Below are positions 1 through 7,636 of a stretch of DNA of 27,582 bases, in pieces; the stretch's first letter is position 1, and every line of letters begins with the position of its first letter. The position numbers were made by a program, and so were the translations under genes. The notes beneath the pieces were generated by a model. It worked only from the letters and a program-made list of their open reading frames with translations, had not been told where the DNA came from and made no database searches. The stretch spans positions 1-27,582 of the forward strand of contig JBCNVN010000021.1 of the NCBI GenBank assembly GCA_039630055.1. The letters are read 5' to 3'. Source of the stretch: Candidatus Caldarchaeales archaeon (lineage in GTDB: Archaea; Thermoproteota; Nitrososphaeria_A; Caldarchaeales; Wolframiiraptoraceae).

Positions 1-1
1 G

Positions 2-61
2 AGAAAGATATTATTAATAGCATGGAAACAAAAACTCATTGAGAAAATAGAAGATGACTAG
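2..61 (+). CDS. Possible 3' end of a CDS entering from outside the window (..RKILLIAWKQKLIEKIEDD*)
   Basis: Frame 2 is open from the window edge to TAG at 59-61, with protein-like composition; too short to identify. Confidence 0.3.
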   Translation, partial: RKILLIAWKQKLIEKIEDD

Positions 62-245
62 AAAGACTTCATAAGGTTCGAGTCTGATAGCAGGTAACTG
101 GTAAGAAGATATAAAGCCTAGTATTTATAATGATAGATTGTTTTATTTCTACAATTTTTATCCATAAATTTTTCGATAACTCTGAATTATAGATTGCCGA
201 GGTCAGCATCTGGAGAAATTAGATGATTTTTGACCGAGATATATG

Positions 246-357
246 TGCGGGGGGTGGGATTTGAACCCACGAACCCCTATGGGAACGGCTAACTCATCCG
301 ACCAGAGGTTTAATGATCTTGAGGCCGCCGCCGTTGACCTGGCTTGGCTACCCCCGC
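246..357 (-). tRNA. tRNA-Leu(CAA) with a 27-nt intron at canonical position 37/38 (intron 291..317)
   Basis: Minus strand reads GCGGGGG-TA-GCCAAGCCAGGTCAACGGC-G-GCGGC-CT-CAA-G[ATCATTAAACCTCTGGTCGGATGAGTT]A-GCCGT-long variable arm-GTGGG-TTCAAAT-CCCAC-CCCCCGC-A. BHB: CTCA pairs with intron TGAG, bulges AG|A and TT|A. CCA not encoded. Confidence 0.96.
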
Positions 358-388
358 CCACAACATAACCTATATTCTATTCTATTTT

Positions 389-1066
389 TTAGGGTTTTAC
401 CAAGGTTCCAACCCGTTCTCCTCTTAATGCCTTTATAAGGTTTTCAGGATTCTTGCCGTTTAAGTATATTGTTGGGATACGGCTTCTAGCTATAATCTTC
501 AACCCAGTGAGGTCTGCCAGCTTATACTCTCCAGCTTCATGAGAATAATCTATAAGCTTCTCGATTAACTCTTTTACAGATACTTCTTTCAGCATTCTTG
601 CCGTTGGATCCTTCTTAGGATCAGCCGTATATATCCCATCTACATCTGTAGCTATGATAAGCTTCTCTGCACCTATCGTTTCTGCTGCAAGCGCTGAGAC
701 AGCCATCGTAGACTGTCCAGGCTGGAGGCCTCCCATAATAACTATCTTACCATGTGTAGAATATGCTCTCAGCTGGTCTAGATTTTCCGGGACTAGAGGA
801 TAGGCTTTCTCACCTATCAAGCTGGATAGGATGCTTGCGTTTATCCTAGTTATCTTTATACCTATCTCATCACATATGCTCTCGCTTAGCCCAAGCTTTC
901 GAGCTGACTCAACATATCTCCTAGCATGTCTTCCACCTCCGACGACAACTACCCATCTACCACCATCATACAATTCTCTAAAGATCTCTGAGTATCTTTC
1001 CAGCAACTCTATATCAAGTTCCTCATTAAAGATTAGATGTCCACCTAACTTGACTACTATATTCAA
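389..1066 (-). CDS. pyrH: Uridylate (UMP) kinase, archaeal type
   Basis: VVKLGG N-terminus, VVVGGG-x-ARRY, GGLQPGQST, ATDVDGIYTADPKKDP motifs; 225 aa; TTG start. Confidence 0.93.
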   Translation of the reverse strand: MNIVVKLGGHLIFNEELDIELLERYSEIFRELYDGGRWVVVVGGGRHARRYVESARKLGLSESICDEIGIKITRINASILSSLIGEKAYPLVPENLDQLRAYSTHGKIVIMGGLQPGQSTMAVSALAAETIGAEKLIIATDVDGIYTADPKKDPTARMLKEVSVKELIEKLIDYSHEAGEYKLADLTGLKIIARSRIPTIYLNGKNPENLIKALRGERVGTLVKP

Positions 1067-1117
1067 TTCTATTCATATGTTGATATACGTGTGGAGGATT
1101 AAAGTATATCGTGTAGT

Positions 1118-2419
1118 CTATGGTCCTTTAACTGTTATCTCCCTAACTATTCCAGCAGCAATAGTCATACCGCTATCTCTTATAGCGAATCTACCGAGTT
1201 CGGGAAAGCTGGCATACTCTTCGAGGGCTACCGGCTGTAGTGGCTGAAGTCTTACCCTAGCTGCATCACCTGTCTTCAAGAAGCTTGGATTCTTCTCAAC
1301 TACCTGTCCAGTCCTCGGATCGATCTTCTCAATGAGCTCAACAAATTTTACAGCTATCTGAGCGGTATGTATATGCATTACTGGAGTGTATCCAGCAGCT
1401 ATAGCTGTTGGATGATATATTATTATCAACTGAGCTATGAATTCTTTTGCAACTTGGCAGGGAGAATCGGGATGGGATACCACCATACCTCTACTTAGCT
1501 GGCTCTTATCTACACCTTTTAAGGCGAAGCCTATGTTATCTCCAGGCACAGCCTGTTGAAGAGGTTGATGATGCATCTCGATAGATTTTACCTCACATTT
1601 AATACCAGGAGGCATTATGACTACTACTTCACCAGGTTTAATCACACCTGTCTCTACACGTCCAACCGGTACGGTTCCAACCCCTTTAATCGAGTATACG
1701 GCTTGAATCGGTATTCTTAAAGGTTTATCGATCGGCTTAGGAGGCTCTTGGAACATATCTAGAGCTTCAAGTAGAGTTGGTCCAGTATACCATCCCATCT
1801 TGTTGCTTCTATCTATTAGATTGTCTCCAACCCATCCTGAGACTGGGATGAAGTTTATCTTAGAGACATCGAAACCTATCCTCTTCAAGAGGTCTGAGAC
1901 TCCTTGCTTAACTTCATCAAAACGTTCTTTAGAATAGTTCACTGTTGGATCATCCATCTTATTTATCACTACTACTATCTGTCTTATCCCAAGCATAAAG
2001 AGTAGGAAAGCATGCTCTCTCGTCTGACCTCCCGGAGATATCCCAACCTCATACTCTCCCTTCTTAGCAGATACTACTAGAATAGCACAGTCAGCTTGAC
2101 TCGCTCCAGTAATCATGTTTTTGACGAAGTCTCTGTGTCCTGGAGCATCTATCAGTGTATAATAGATCTTCTTTGTCTCGAAGCTCTGGAATGCAAGATC
2201 TATGGTTAGTCCACGTTCTCTCTCTTCTTTTATCCTATCAAGTATCCATGCATACTTAAATGTTTCTTTACCAAGCTTTTTAGCCTCTTCTTCATACTGC
2301 TGGAGAGTACGCTGATCTACAACTCCAAGTTTTGTGAGGAAATGTCCCATAGTAGTTGATTTACCATGATCTACATGACCTACCACTATTAGATTTAGAT
2401 GCGGCTTAGATGACACCAC
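1118..2419 (-). CDS. tuf: Translation elongation factor 1-alpha
   Basis: GHVDHGKST, EERERGLTI, DAPGHRDFVKNMITGASQAD, NKMD, GTVPVGRVETG, LGRFAIRD; GAGGTG SD upstream of the GTG start. Confidence 0.98.
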   Translation of the reverse strand: MVSSKPHLNLIVVGHVDHGKSTTMGHFLTKLGVVDQRTLQQYEEEAKKLGKETFKYAWILDRIKEERERGLTIDLAFQSFETKKIYYTLIDAPGHRDFVKNMITGASQADCAILVVSAKKGEYEVGISPGGQTREHAFLLFMLGIRQIVVVINKMDDPTVNYSKERFDEVKQGVSDLLKRIGFDVSKINFIPVSGWVGDNLIDRSNKMGWYTGPTLLEALDMFQEPPKPIDKPLRIPIQAVYSIKGVGTVPVGRVETGVIKPGEVVVIMPPGIKCEVKSIEMHHQPLQQAVPGDNIGFALKGVDKSQLSRGMVVSHPDSPCQVAKEFIAQLIIIYHPTAIAAGYTPVMHIHTAQIAVKFVELIEKIDPRTGQVVEKNPSFLKTGDAARVRLQPLQPVALEEYASFPELGRFAIRDSGMTIAAGIVREITVKGP

Positions 2420-2457
2420 CTAGCACCTCTTCTTCATGAAGACTAGATAATCGGGAT

Positions 2458-2465
2458 TATATAAA
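2458..2465 (-). promoter_or_regulatory. Probable TATA box of tuf (TTTATATA); SD GAGGTG at 2424..2429
   Basis: Archaeal TATA consensus about 40 nt upstream of the start codon. Confidence 0.55.
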
Positions 2466-2743
2466 CATGATATAAGGTGGATTAAATATAATTTAAATTC
2501 AACTATTATCACCACTTCATAATCAAAGTTTCTGAACCATCTCTAAAGGTTTCTTAGTAAACTATGTAACACCATCTGGATTGTCTCCGAACAGGCTGAT
2601 GCCCGCCATCACTATCCACTTGGATAGGGAGAGTGCTCAAGATCGTCAGATTGGTTAAGCATCTTCATAATCCTTATAGATGGAAGATAGTGGACCTCCT
2701 ACTCCTAATCTTTCTGTTACAATCATGTGGCTCATATAATAAT

Positions 2744-2838
2744 TGCGGCCGCCGGGATTTGAACCCGGGACCGCTGGCTTTCTCCATAACCTCGATTGTT
2801 CGGGAGGCCAGCGTCCTACCAGACTAGACTACGGCCGC
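2744..2838 (-). tRNA. tRNA-Gly(CCC) with a 21-nt intron at 37/38 (intron 2780..2800)
   Basis: Minus strand reads GCGGCCG-TA-GTCTAGTCTGGTAGGAC-G-CTGGC-CT-CCC-G[AACAATCGAGGTTATGGAGAA]A-GCCAG-CGGTC-CCGGG-TTCAAAT-CCCGG-CGGCCGC-A. BHB: CTCC/GGAG helix, bulges CG|A and AA|A. CCA not encoded. Confidence 0.96.
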
Positions 2839-2899
2839 CGAGAATATTATCTCTACATGGTTATTTGAGTTTTACTCTAAGCTTTGGCTTCTCCTCATA

Positions 2900-3322
2900 T
2901 TACTGTTTCCGCTCTATGGTTACATTCCATTTTATCTCTATATCTGCTTTCTCGAATAAGGTATGTACTGGACAGTTATCAAGTGTTAGTCTAAGGACTG
3001 TTTCTGCTTCTTCCCTATTTTCTGACCAGACCTTTATATTTCCATTAACCTTTGTTATAGTCTTCTCTTCATCAGGTTTCACCGCTTCAACTTCTACCCT
3101 CATGCCATCAAACTTGAACCTTCTCTTAGCAGCTATTACCGCATATATGGTTGTTACACATCCTGCTAATCCCATGACAGCAAGTTCTAGAGATGTTGGA
3201 CCTGTATCGTCTCCACCATGTTCAAATGGTAGGTCTATCACGATGCTATGCCCTCTATCATCATCAACGATGCTCCTATACTTCTCTACAAGCATCGCAT
3301 TACTTCTTAAAAGCAGAACCAT
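2900..3322 (-). CDS. OsmC/Ohr family protein
   Basis: D-x5-GGDDTGPTSLEL-x4-LAGC and a second Cys in NCPV; 140 aa. Confidence 0.88.
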   Translation of the reverse strand: MVLLLRSNAMLVEKYRSIVDDDRGHSIVIDLPFEHGGDDTGPTSLELAVMGLAGCVTTIYAVIAAKRRFKFDGMRVEVEAVKPDEEKTITKVNGNIKVWSENREEAETVLRLTLDNCPVHTLFEKADIEIKWNVTIERKQ

Positions 3323-3464
3323 AAGGTACAGATACTCTTTCTAGGATATTAATATTCACCAAGATCTAGCCTCGTGGACAAGTAATATCAATCCATAATT
3401 TCCATCTAACTTATAGAAGAATCTATAGTAAATCTTTAAATCCTGTCTATCTCCACATGATCCT

Positions 3465-3917
3465 ATGAGTATTCCAAGCGATGGACTGAGCGATGAAGAG
3501 ATTATAAAGATTCTAGAAGAGTTTAAAGTAGTTGCAGTCGTGGGTATGAGTAAGGATCCGTTGAAACCTGGCCACTATGTTCCAAAATTCCTAATGAAGC
3601 AAGGATATAAGATTATACCTGTAAATCCAACTGTAGATGAGATTTTAGGATTGAAGTCTTATCCAAGCCTTCTAGATATCCCAGAAGAGATCGAGATAGT
3701 CAATGTATTTAGAAGACCAGAATATACGGTTGAGATAGCTGAGGAAGCTGTAAAAAAGAAGGCTAAAGTATTATGGTTGCAGGAGGGCATATACAATCCG
3801 CAGACTGTTGAGATAGCTAAGCGGGGAGGGTTAACAGTAGTCTGGGATAGATGTATGATGAAGGAGCATAATAGGTTGATGAAGTCCAAGCCACATATAT
3901 CTCTTAGAAAACTCTAA
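3465..3917 (+). CDS. CoA-binding protein (YccU/COG1832-like)
   Basis: VAVVGMSKDP, GYKIIPVNP, SYPSLLDIP, VNVFR, LWLQEG, VWDRCMM motifs. Confidence 0.92.
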   Translation: MSIPSDGLSDEEIIKILEEFKVVAVVGMSKDPLKPGHYVPKFLMKQGYKIIPVNPTVDEILGLKSYPSLLDIPEEIEIVNVFRRPEYTVEIAEEAVKKKAKVLWLQEGIYNPQTVEIAKRGGLTVVWDRCMMKEHNRLMKSKPHISLRKL

Positions 3918-4040
3918 ACTCTAAAAATATAGATGGTAAAATTACTATCGATGACAAGACTGTCTAGATGGAGATGTATACTTATCAGGTTATATAGTCG
4001 ATGAAAAGGTGTAATAGAGATCTAAAAAATTCGGGAAGAC

Positions 4041-5297
4041 TTAGATGGTATATATTTCTTCTCTTATGGGAGATATGGCTTCTTGTCCCAAGCTACTCTT
4101 ACAGAAGTCTACTAGAGCATTAGATGCTGCCGGCTCACCATGTACAGTAAAGATCTTTACATCTGGACCGAGTCTCTTCAAGAACTCATGTAGCTGGGTC
4201 CTACCAGCATGTGAACTAAACTTATACTGTCCAACTTGTGCTTTAACCTTTATGTCTATCTCTCCATGTACTAGCCTCCTCTCGTTTAGGAGTGTAGCTC
4301 CAGGAGTGTTTGGAAGCTGGAAACTTACCAGGAATATTGCTGACTTCTCATCTTCAGCAAGCTCTTCAGAGTAGATTATGGCCGGTCCACCTTTCAGCAT
4401 TCCAGCAGGGCTAATAATCGCTGACGGCTCACTTAATGCTTGCTTCCTCTTCCTACCACTCGTAACTCTATTGATATGTCTTGCAGCCTGGTAGAGAAGC
4501 TGTCTACCATCTATATACTCATCCATCTCTAGGTATATATCTAGAATCTTTATGGCCATCCCATCTAGATAGACTGGATATCTAAAATTGTAAGCTTCTA
4601 GAACGCACATTATCTCTTGTGATCTAGAGACTGAGAAGGCTGGGATAAGGACTCTTCCACCATTCTCTACAACCTCTCTTACTCTTGCCACAAACTCTCT
4701 CTCCAGATTCTTCCTCTCAGGATGATCTTCTAGAGCATATGTCGACTCAACTATAACTGCATCTAGATCTTTGAGTGTCAGGTCTGCTCCACTTAAAAGT
4801 CTAGTCTTAATGGTTGTGAAGTCTCCAGTATATAGTAGTGTCTTATCAGCATTTATTAGTACTTGCATGCTTCCAGGTATATGTCCAGCATCCATGAAGG
4901 TTATCTCAGCATCCTTGATCTTCACCGTATCACCATAACTAACCTCGATACCTTTTCTAATCATCTCTCTCACCTCTAGTATCTCGTATGGTAGATAGTA
5001 GCCTGCGAGCTTGAGAAAGTCTCTAAGAAGTATGTCTGCGATCTTGAAGGTCATCGGTGTAGCAAATATCTTTGTACCATTGTTAAGCATGAATAATGGG
5101 GCTGCTCCGATGTGGTCTAGATGTGCGTGGGTCAGTATTACTGCATCTAGGTCCTTTGCGGCCACATGTGAGGGGAACGACGGTTCAGGATCACTAACTT
5201 GGACACCATAATCTAAGAGTATCCTAGCTTCTCTAGTCTTGACGAGTATTGCTGATCTACCTACTTCTTGGGCTCCGCCGAGAAATTTAATCTCCAA
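4041..5297 (-). CDS. beta-CASP family metallo-beta-lactamase ribonuclease (aCPSF2-like, no KH domains)
   Basis: FLGGAQEVGRS, LLDYG, THAHLDH, AGHIPG, YTGDF, VESTY, SSHAG and VHGE motifs; 418 aa. Confidence 0.9.
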   Translation of the reverse strand: MEIKFLGGAQEVGRSAILVKTREARILLDYGVQVSDPEPSFPSHVAAKDLDAVILTHAHLDHIGAAPLFMLNNGTKIFATPMTFKIADILLRDFLKLAGYYLPYEILEVREMIRKGIEVSYGDTVKIKDAEITFMDAGHIPGSMQVLINADKTLLYTGDFTTIKTRLLSGADLTLKDLDAVIVESTYALEDHPERKNLEREFVARVREVVENGGRVLIPAFSVSRSQEIMCVLEAYNFRYPVYLDGMAIKILDIYLEMDEYIDGRQLLYQAARHINRVTSGRKRKQALSEPSAIISPAGMLKGGPAIIYSEELAEDEKSAIFLVSFQLPNTPGATLLNERRLVHGEIDIKVKAQVGQYKFSSHAGRTQLHEFLKRLGPDVKIFTVHGEPAASNALVDFCKSSLGQEAISPIREEIYTI

Positions 5298-5449
5298 GAT
5301 AATCCCCTTTAAAGTCTAATCTACTCTAATCTTCAAGTTAAAGATGGATAAGATAAATATTTACCTTTAACTCTTTGAGGAGAATCATATAGATTAGATT
5401 TGGAAGATCTTTGCTAGAATTCGGCATATCTATAGATTCTAGTAGGATT

Positions 5450-6997
5450 CTATCCTAGAGTGATAAGCTTTATCTCTACATCTACTTTTCCAACTAGTCT
5501 CTCTAAAATTTTATTAACAGTCTCCTTGAGATAAGGGCTCCTAGCCTCTATAATTATGATCTCAACGTAACCTGCAGTGGAGATCTGCTTGATTATGGAG
5601 TCTATTACCTCATCTTCTAAGATGAGGTTTTGAGGGAAGTCTGTCTGAGAGAATGGATAAACATATCTTATCTGTATAGGTATTAGTCCATATGGTGATC
5701 CATAGAGTAGTATATCGTACTCTGATAGGTTGCCTTCATGTAAAATTTTACCTATCTTCTGAGAACTTATCTTCATGGTATATGGAACCAGCACAGCCTT
5801 CTTCTTCGACCTCTCTTTAAAGATGTTCTCCAATAGTCTATTCTTGGCCCGCCGTATCTCAGGTCTCCTTAAACTTAATCCATCAAAGATCTTTAATCCA
5901 CGTCTAGAGTATATTGGTGTATGATCTTCCATGCTCTTTATCAGTTCTTCATTGTTCACGATCTCTCTGAATCCTTGATAGACATCTGGATGGCTTCTAG
6001 CTCTAATCTCCAACAGCTCCATCAGCCTCCCATCTCTGATAGCCTGCTTTATCTCAGCGATCTCCTTGAAACATACGTAGAGATTATGTTTAGCCAGAAT
6101 CATCACTCTCTCCTTATGGGGGAGTTCTCTAAGTTCCTCTATACTTGTCTTTGAACATACTGGACAGAGGCATGGAAGATAATCCATATTCTCTAATCTT
6201 AGAGTACCAGTCTCTGTAATATATCGCCCATCTCTAGCGTAGAGATAGTAGCTAGCTGAATCGAACATATCTACCCCTAGAGCAACGATAAAAGAGAATA
6301 TCATAGGATGGCCTGCACCGAAGAGATGGAGAGGCTTACCATACTCTATAACAGATCTAGTAGCTATGATCATCTCGAAGAGTTTGGTGAACTGGTATCT
6401 CTCCATTAAAGGTGTAGGGCTTCCTAAAGCGTATAGGTTGAAATCCATCTCCTTAACTTTCTCTGCACATTTTTTGAGTAGAGCGATATGTACTCCTCCT
6501 TGAATCGTTCCAACCCATAAGGCATTTCTAACAGGTCTATCATCTAATACTTTAATCGTTGCTTCAAGGTTCTTCAATGTCTTTTCTACAGTTTCCTCTG
6601 CAGGTCTTTTACCAACTAATCCAGTGGGAACATCTAGTGGGACAGCTATATCTGTCTTGATGTCTTCTTCGAATAAGGCTATTTCTTCTGGAGTGGCCTC
6701 GACTTCACCATACTCAAGTATTTGGTAGCCGCCACTATCTGTCATTACCACTCCATCGAAATCTAGGATTCTGTGAACTCCATTCTTTAAAGCTTCTTCT
6801 CTAAGCCTCTTATACATTATATATGCGTTGGTTATCACTATTTTCGCCTTAAGGTTCTCATCCATCCATCTAGCAGGAATATCTTGTACAATCGGATTAA
6901 TTACTGGAAGGAATACAGGTGTCTCAACCTTCTTTCCACTCTTGGTCTTCAGCCTACCAATCCTACCCAACAGATCTTCAGCAACCACCTCGAACAC
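5450..6997 (-). CDS. tgtA: Archaeosine tRNA-guanine(15) transglycosylase
   Basis: GRIG-x-L...ETPVFLPVINP, MTDSGGYQ, PLHLFGAGHP, GVDMFDSASY, Zn site CLCPVC...HNL, GRLMELLE-x-RARSHP; no obvious C-terminal PUA domain. Confidence 0.94.
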   Translation of the reverse strand: MFEVVAEDLLGRIGRLKTKSGKKVETPVFLPVINPIVQDIPARWMDENLKAKIVITNAYIMYKRLREEALKNGVHRILDFDGVVMTDSGGYQILEYGEVEATPEEIALFEEDIKTDIAVPLDVPTGLVGKRPAEETVEKTLKNLEATIKVLDDRPVRNALWVGTIQGGVHIALLKKCAEKVKEMDFNLYALGSPTPLMERYQFTKLFEMIIATRSVIEYGKPLHLFGAGHPMIFSFIVALGVDMFDSASYYLYARDGRYITETGTLRLENMDYLPCLCPVCSKTSIEELRELPHKERVMILAKHNLYVCFKEIAEIKQAIRDGRLMELLEIRARSHPDVYQGFREIVNNEELIKSMEDHTPIYSRRGLKIFDGLSLRRPEIRRAKNRLLENIFKERSKKKAVLVPYTMKISSQKIGKILHEGNLSEYDILLYGSPYGLIPIQIRYVYPFSQTDFPQNLILEDEVIDSIIKQISTAGYVEIIIIEARSPYLKETVNKILERLVGKVDVEIKLITLG

Positions 6998-7113
6998 TCT
7001 AATACACCATACATCATATCAAATAGTCTACAAGATATTATGTAACTCTTCTAGAAAACTTTATAGTCATATAGATCATATAGACCATAATCTTTGAGAT
7101 AGAGTCAGAGTTT

Positions 7114-7515
7114 TTACAGTTGCATAAACATAGCTTTAACCTGTTGGATGCCGCGCATTCCTCTAATCCTACTGATCAGTTCTAGAATCCTATTATTGTC
7201 TCCCTCTGCAATAAAAATTTCGAGGCAGAATCTTTGACCGATATGTCTATGAATATTCTCTATTACTATATCATCAAACTCGTGTCTTACTTCTGTCATT
7301 CTCATATCAACGTCTTTTCTATCGTAGTCACATGTTATCATGATAGTGGCAGCTACTCTACCTTCCTCCATCTTTGCAAGTTCAGTCTCATCTATAAGAT
7401 TTCTAATCGCATCTCGGAAAGCTTCCGACCTACTATAGTATCCACGTGTCTTCATAAATTGATCGAACTTTCTTAAAAGTTCGTCAGGTATAGTTATACT
7501 CACAACGGTCATCAA
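7114..7515 (-). CDS. nikR: NikR-family nickel-responsive regulator (RHH + ACT-like domain)
   Basis: RHH VSITIPDELL...GYYSRSEAFRDAIR; metal-site residues H-x10-H-x-H-x5-C (RHEFDDIVIENIHRHIGQRFCLE) are all present. Confidence 0.88.
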   Translation of the reverse strand: MMTVVSITIPDELLRKFDQFMKTRGYYSRSEAFRDAIRNLIDETELAKMEEGRVAATIMITCDYDRKDVDMRMTEVRHEFDDIVIENIHRHIGQRFCLEIFIAEGDNNRILELISRIRGMRGIQQVKAMFMQL

Positions 7516-7542
7516 ACATCAAACTCATCATTTAATATTAAC

Positions 7543-7560
7543 ATAGTAACTTATTACTAT
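7543..7560. promoter_or_regulatory. Inverted repeat ATAGTAA-CTTA-TTACTAT, candidate operator in the divergent nikR/ATPase promoter
   Basis: Perfect 7-bp inverted repeat with 4-nt spacer; a second dyad AATATTA(7534-7540)/TAATATT(7569-7575) surrounds it. The region is very AT-rich, so chance is possible. Confidence 0.45.
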
Positions 7561-7636
7561 TAATGAAATAATATTTTTTCTTAAGTTTCTAACATTATTC
7601 TAATATAATTATTTAATCCTATTATAAGTAGACGGA

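Noticed and set aside
2585-2615. GCTGATG and GTGATGG words reminiscent of a fluoride riboswitch; AACAGGCTGAT reminiscent of bacterial 23S rRNA
   Set aside because: The riboswitch halves lie on opposite strands with no pseudoknot partner; the 11-nt rRNA-like match does not extend.
2633-3344. Plus-strand ORFs of 64 aa and 182 aa
   Set aside because: They overlap tRNA-Gly and osmC antisense, with no recognisable domain.
3963-3974. 12-mer TCTAGATGGAGA shared with 20885-20896, both in convergent intergenic regions
   Set aside because: Similarity does not extend, and TCTAGA is very abundant in this DNA.
5450-6997. arcTGT shorter than euryarchaeal enzymes, apparently lacking PUA
   Set aside because: PUA-less arcTGTs of about 500 aa are normal in TACK archaea, so this is not evidence of a pseudogene.
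7067-7089. Tandem TCATATAGA twice, considered as a target-site duplication with TCATAGAGACATA near 9688
   Set aside because: The match between the cassette ends is imperfect and no mobility gene is present.
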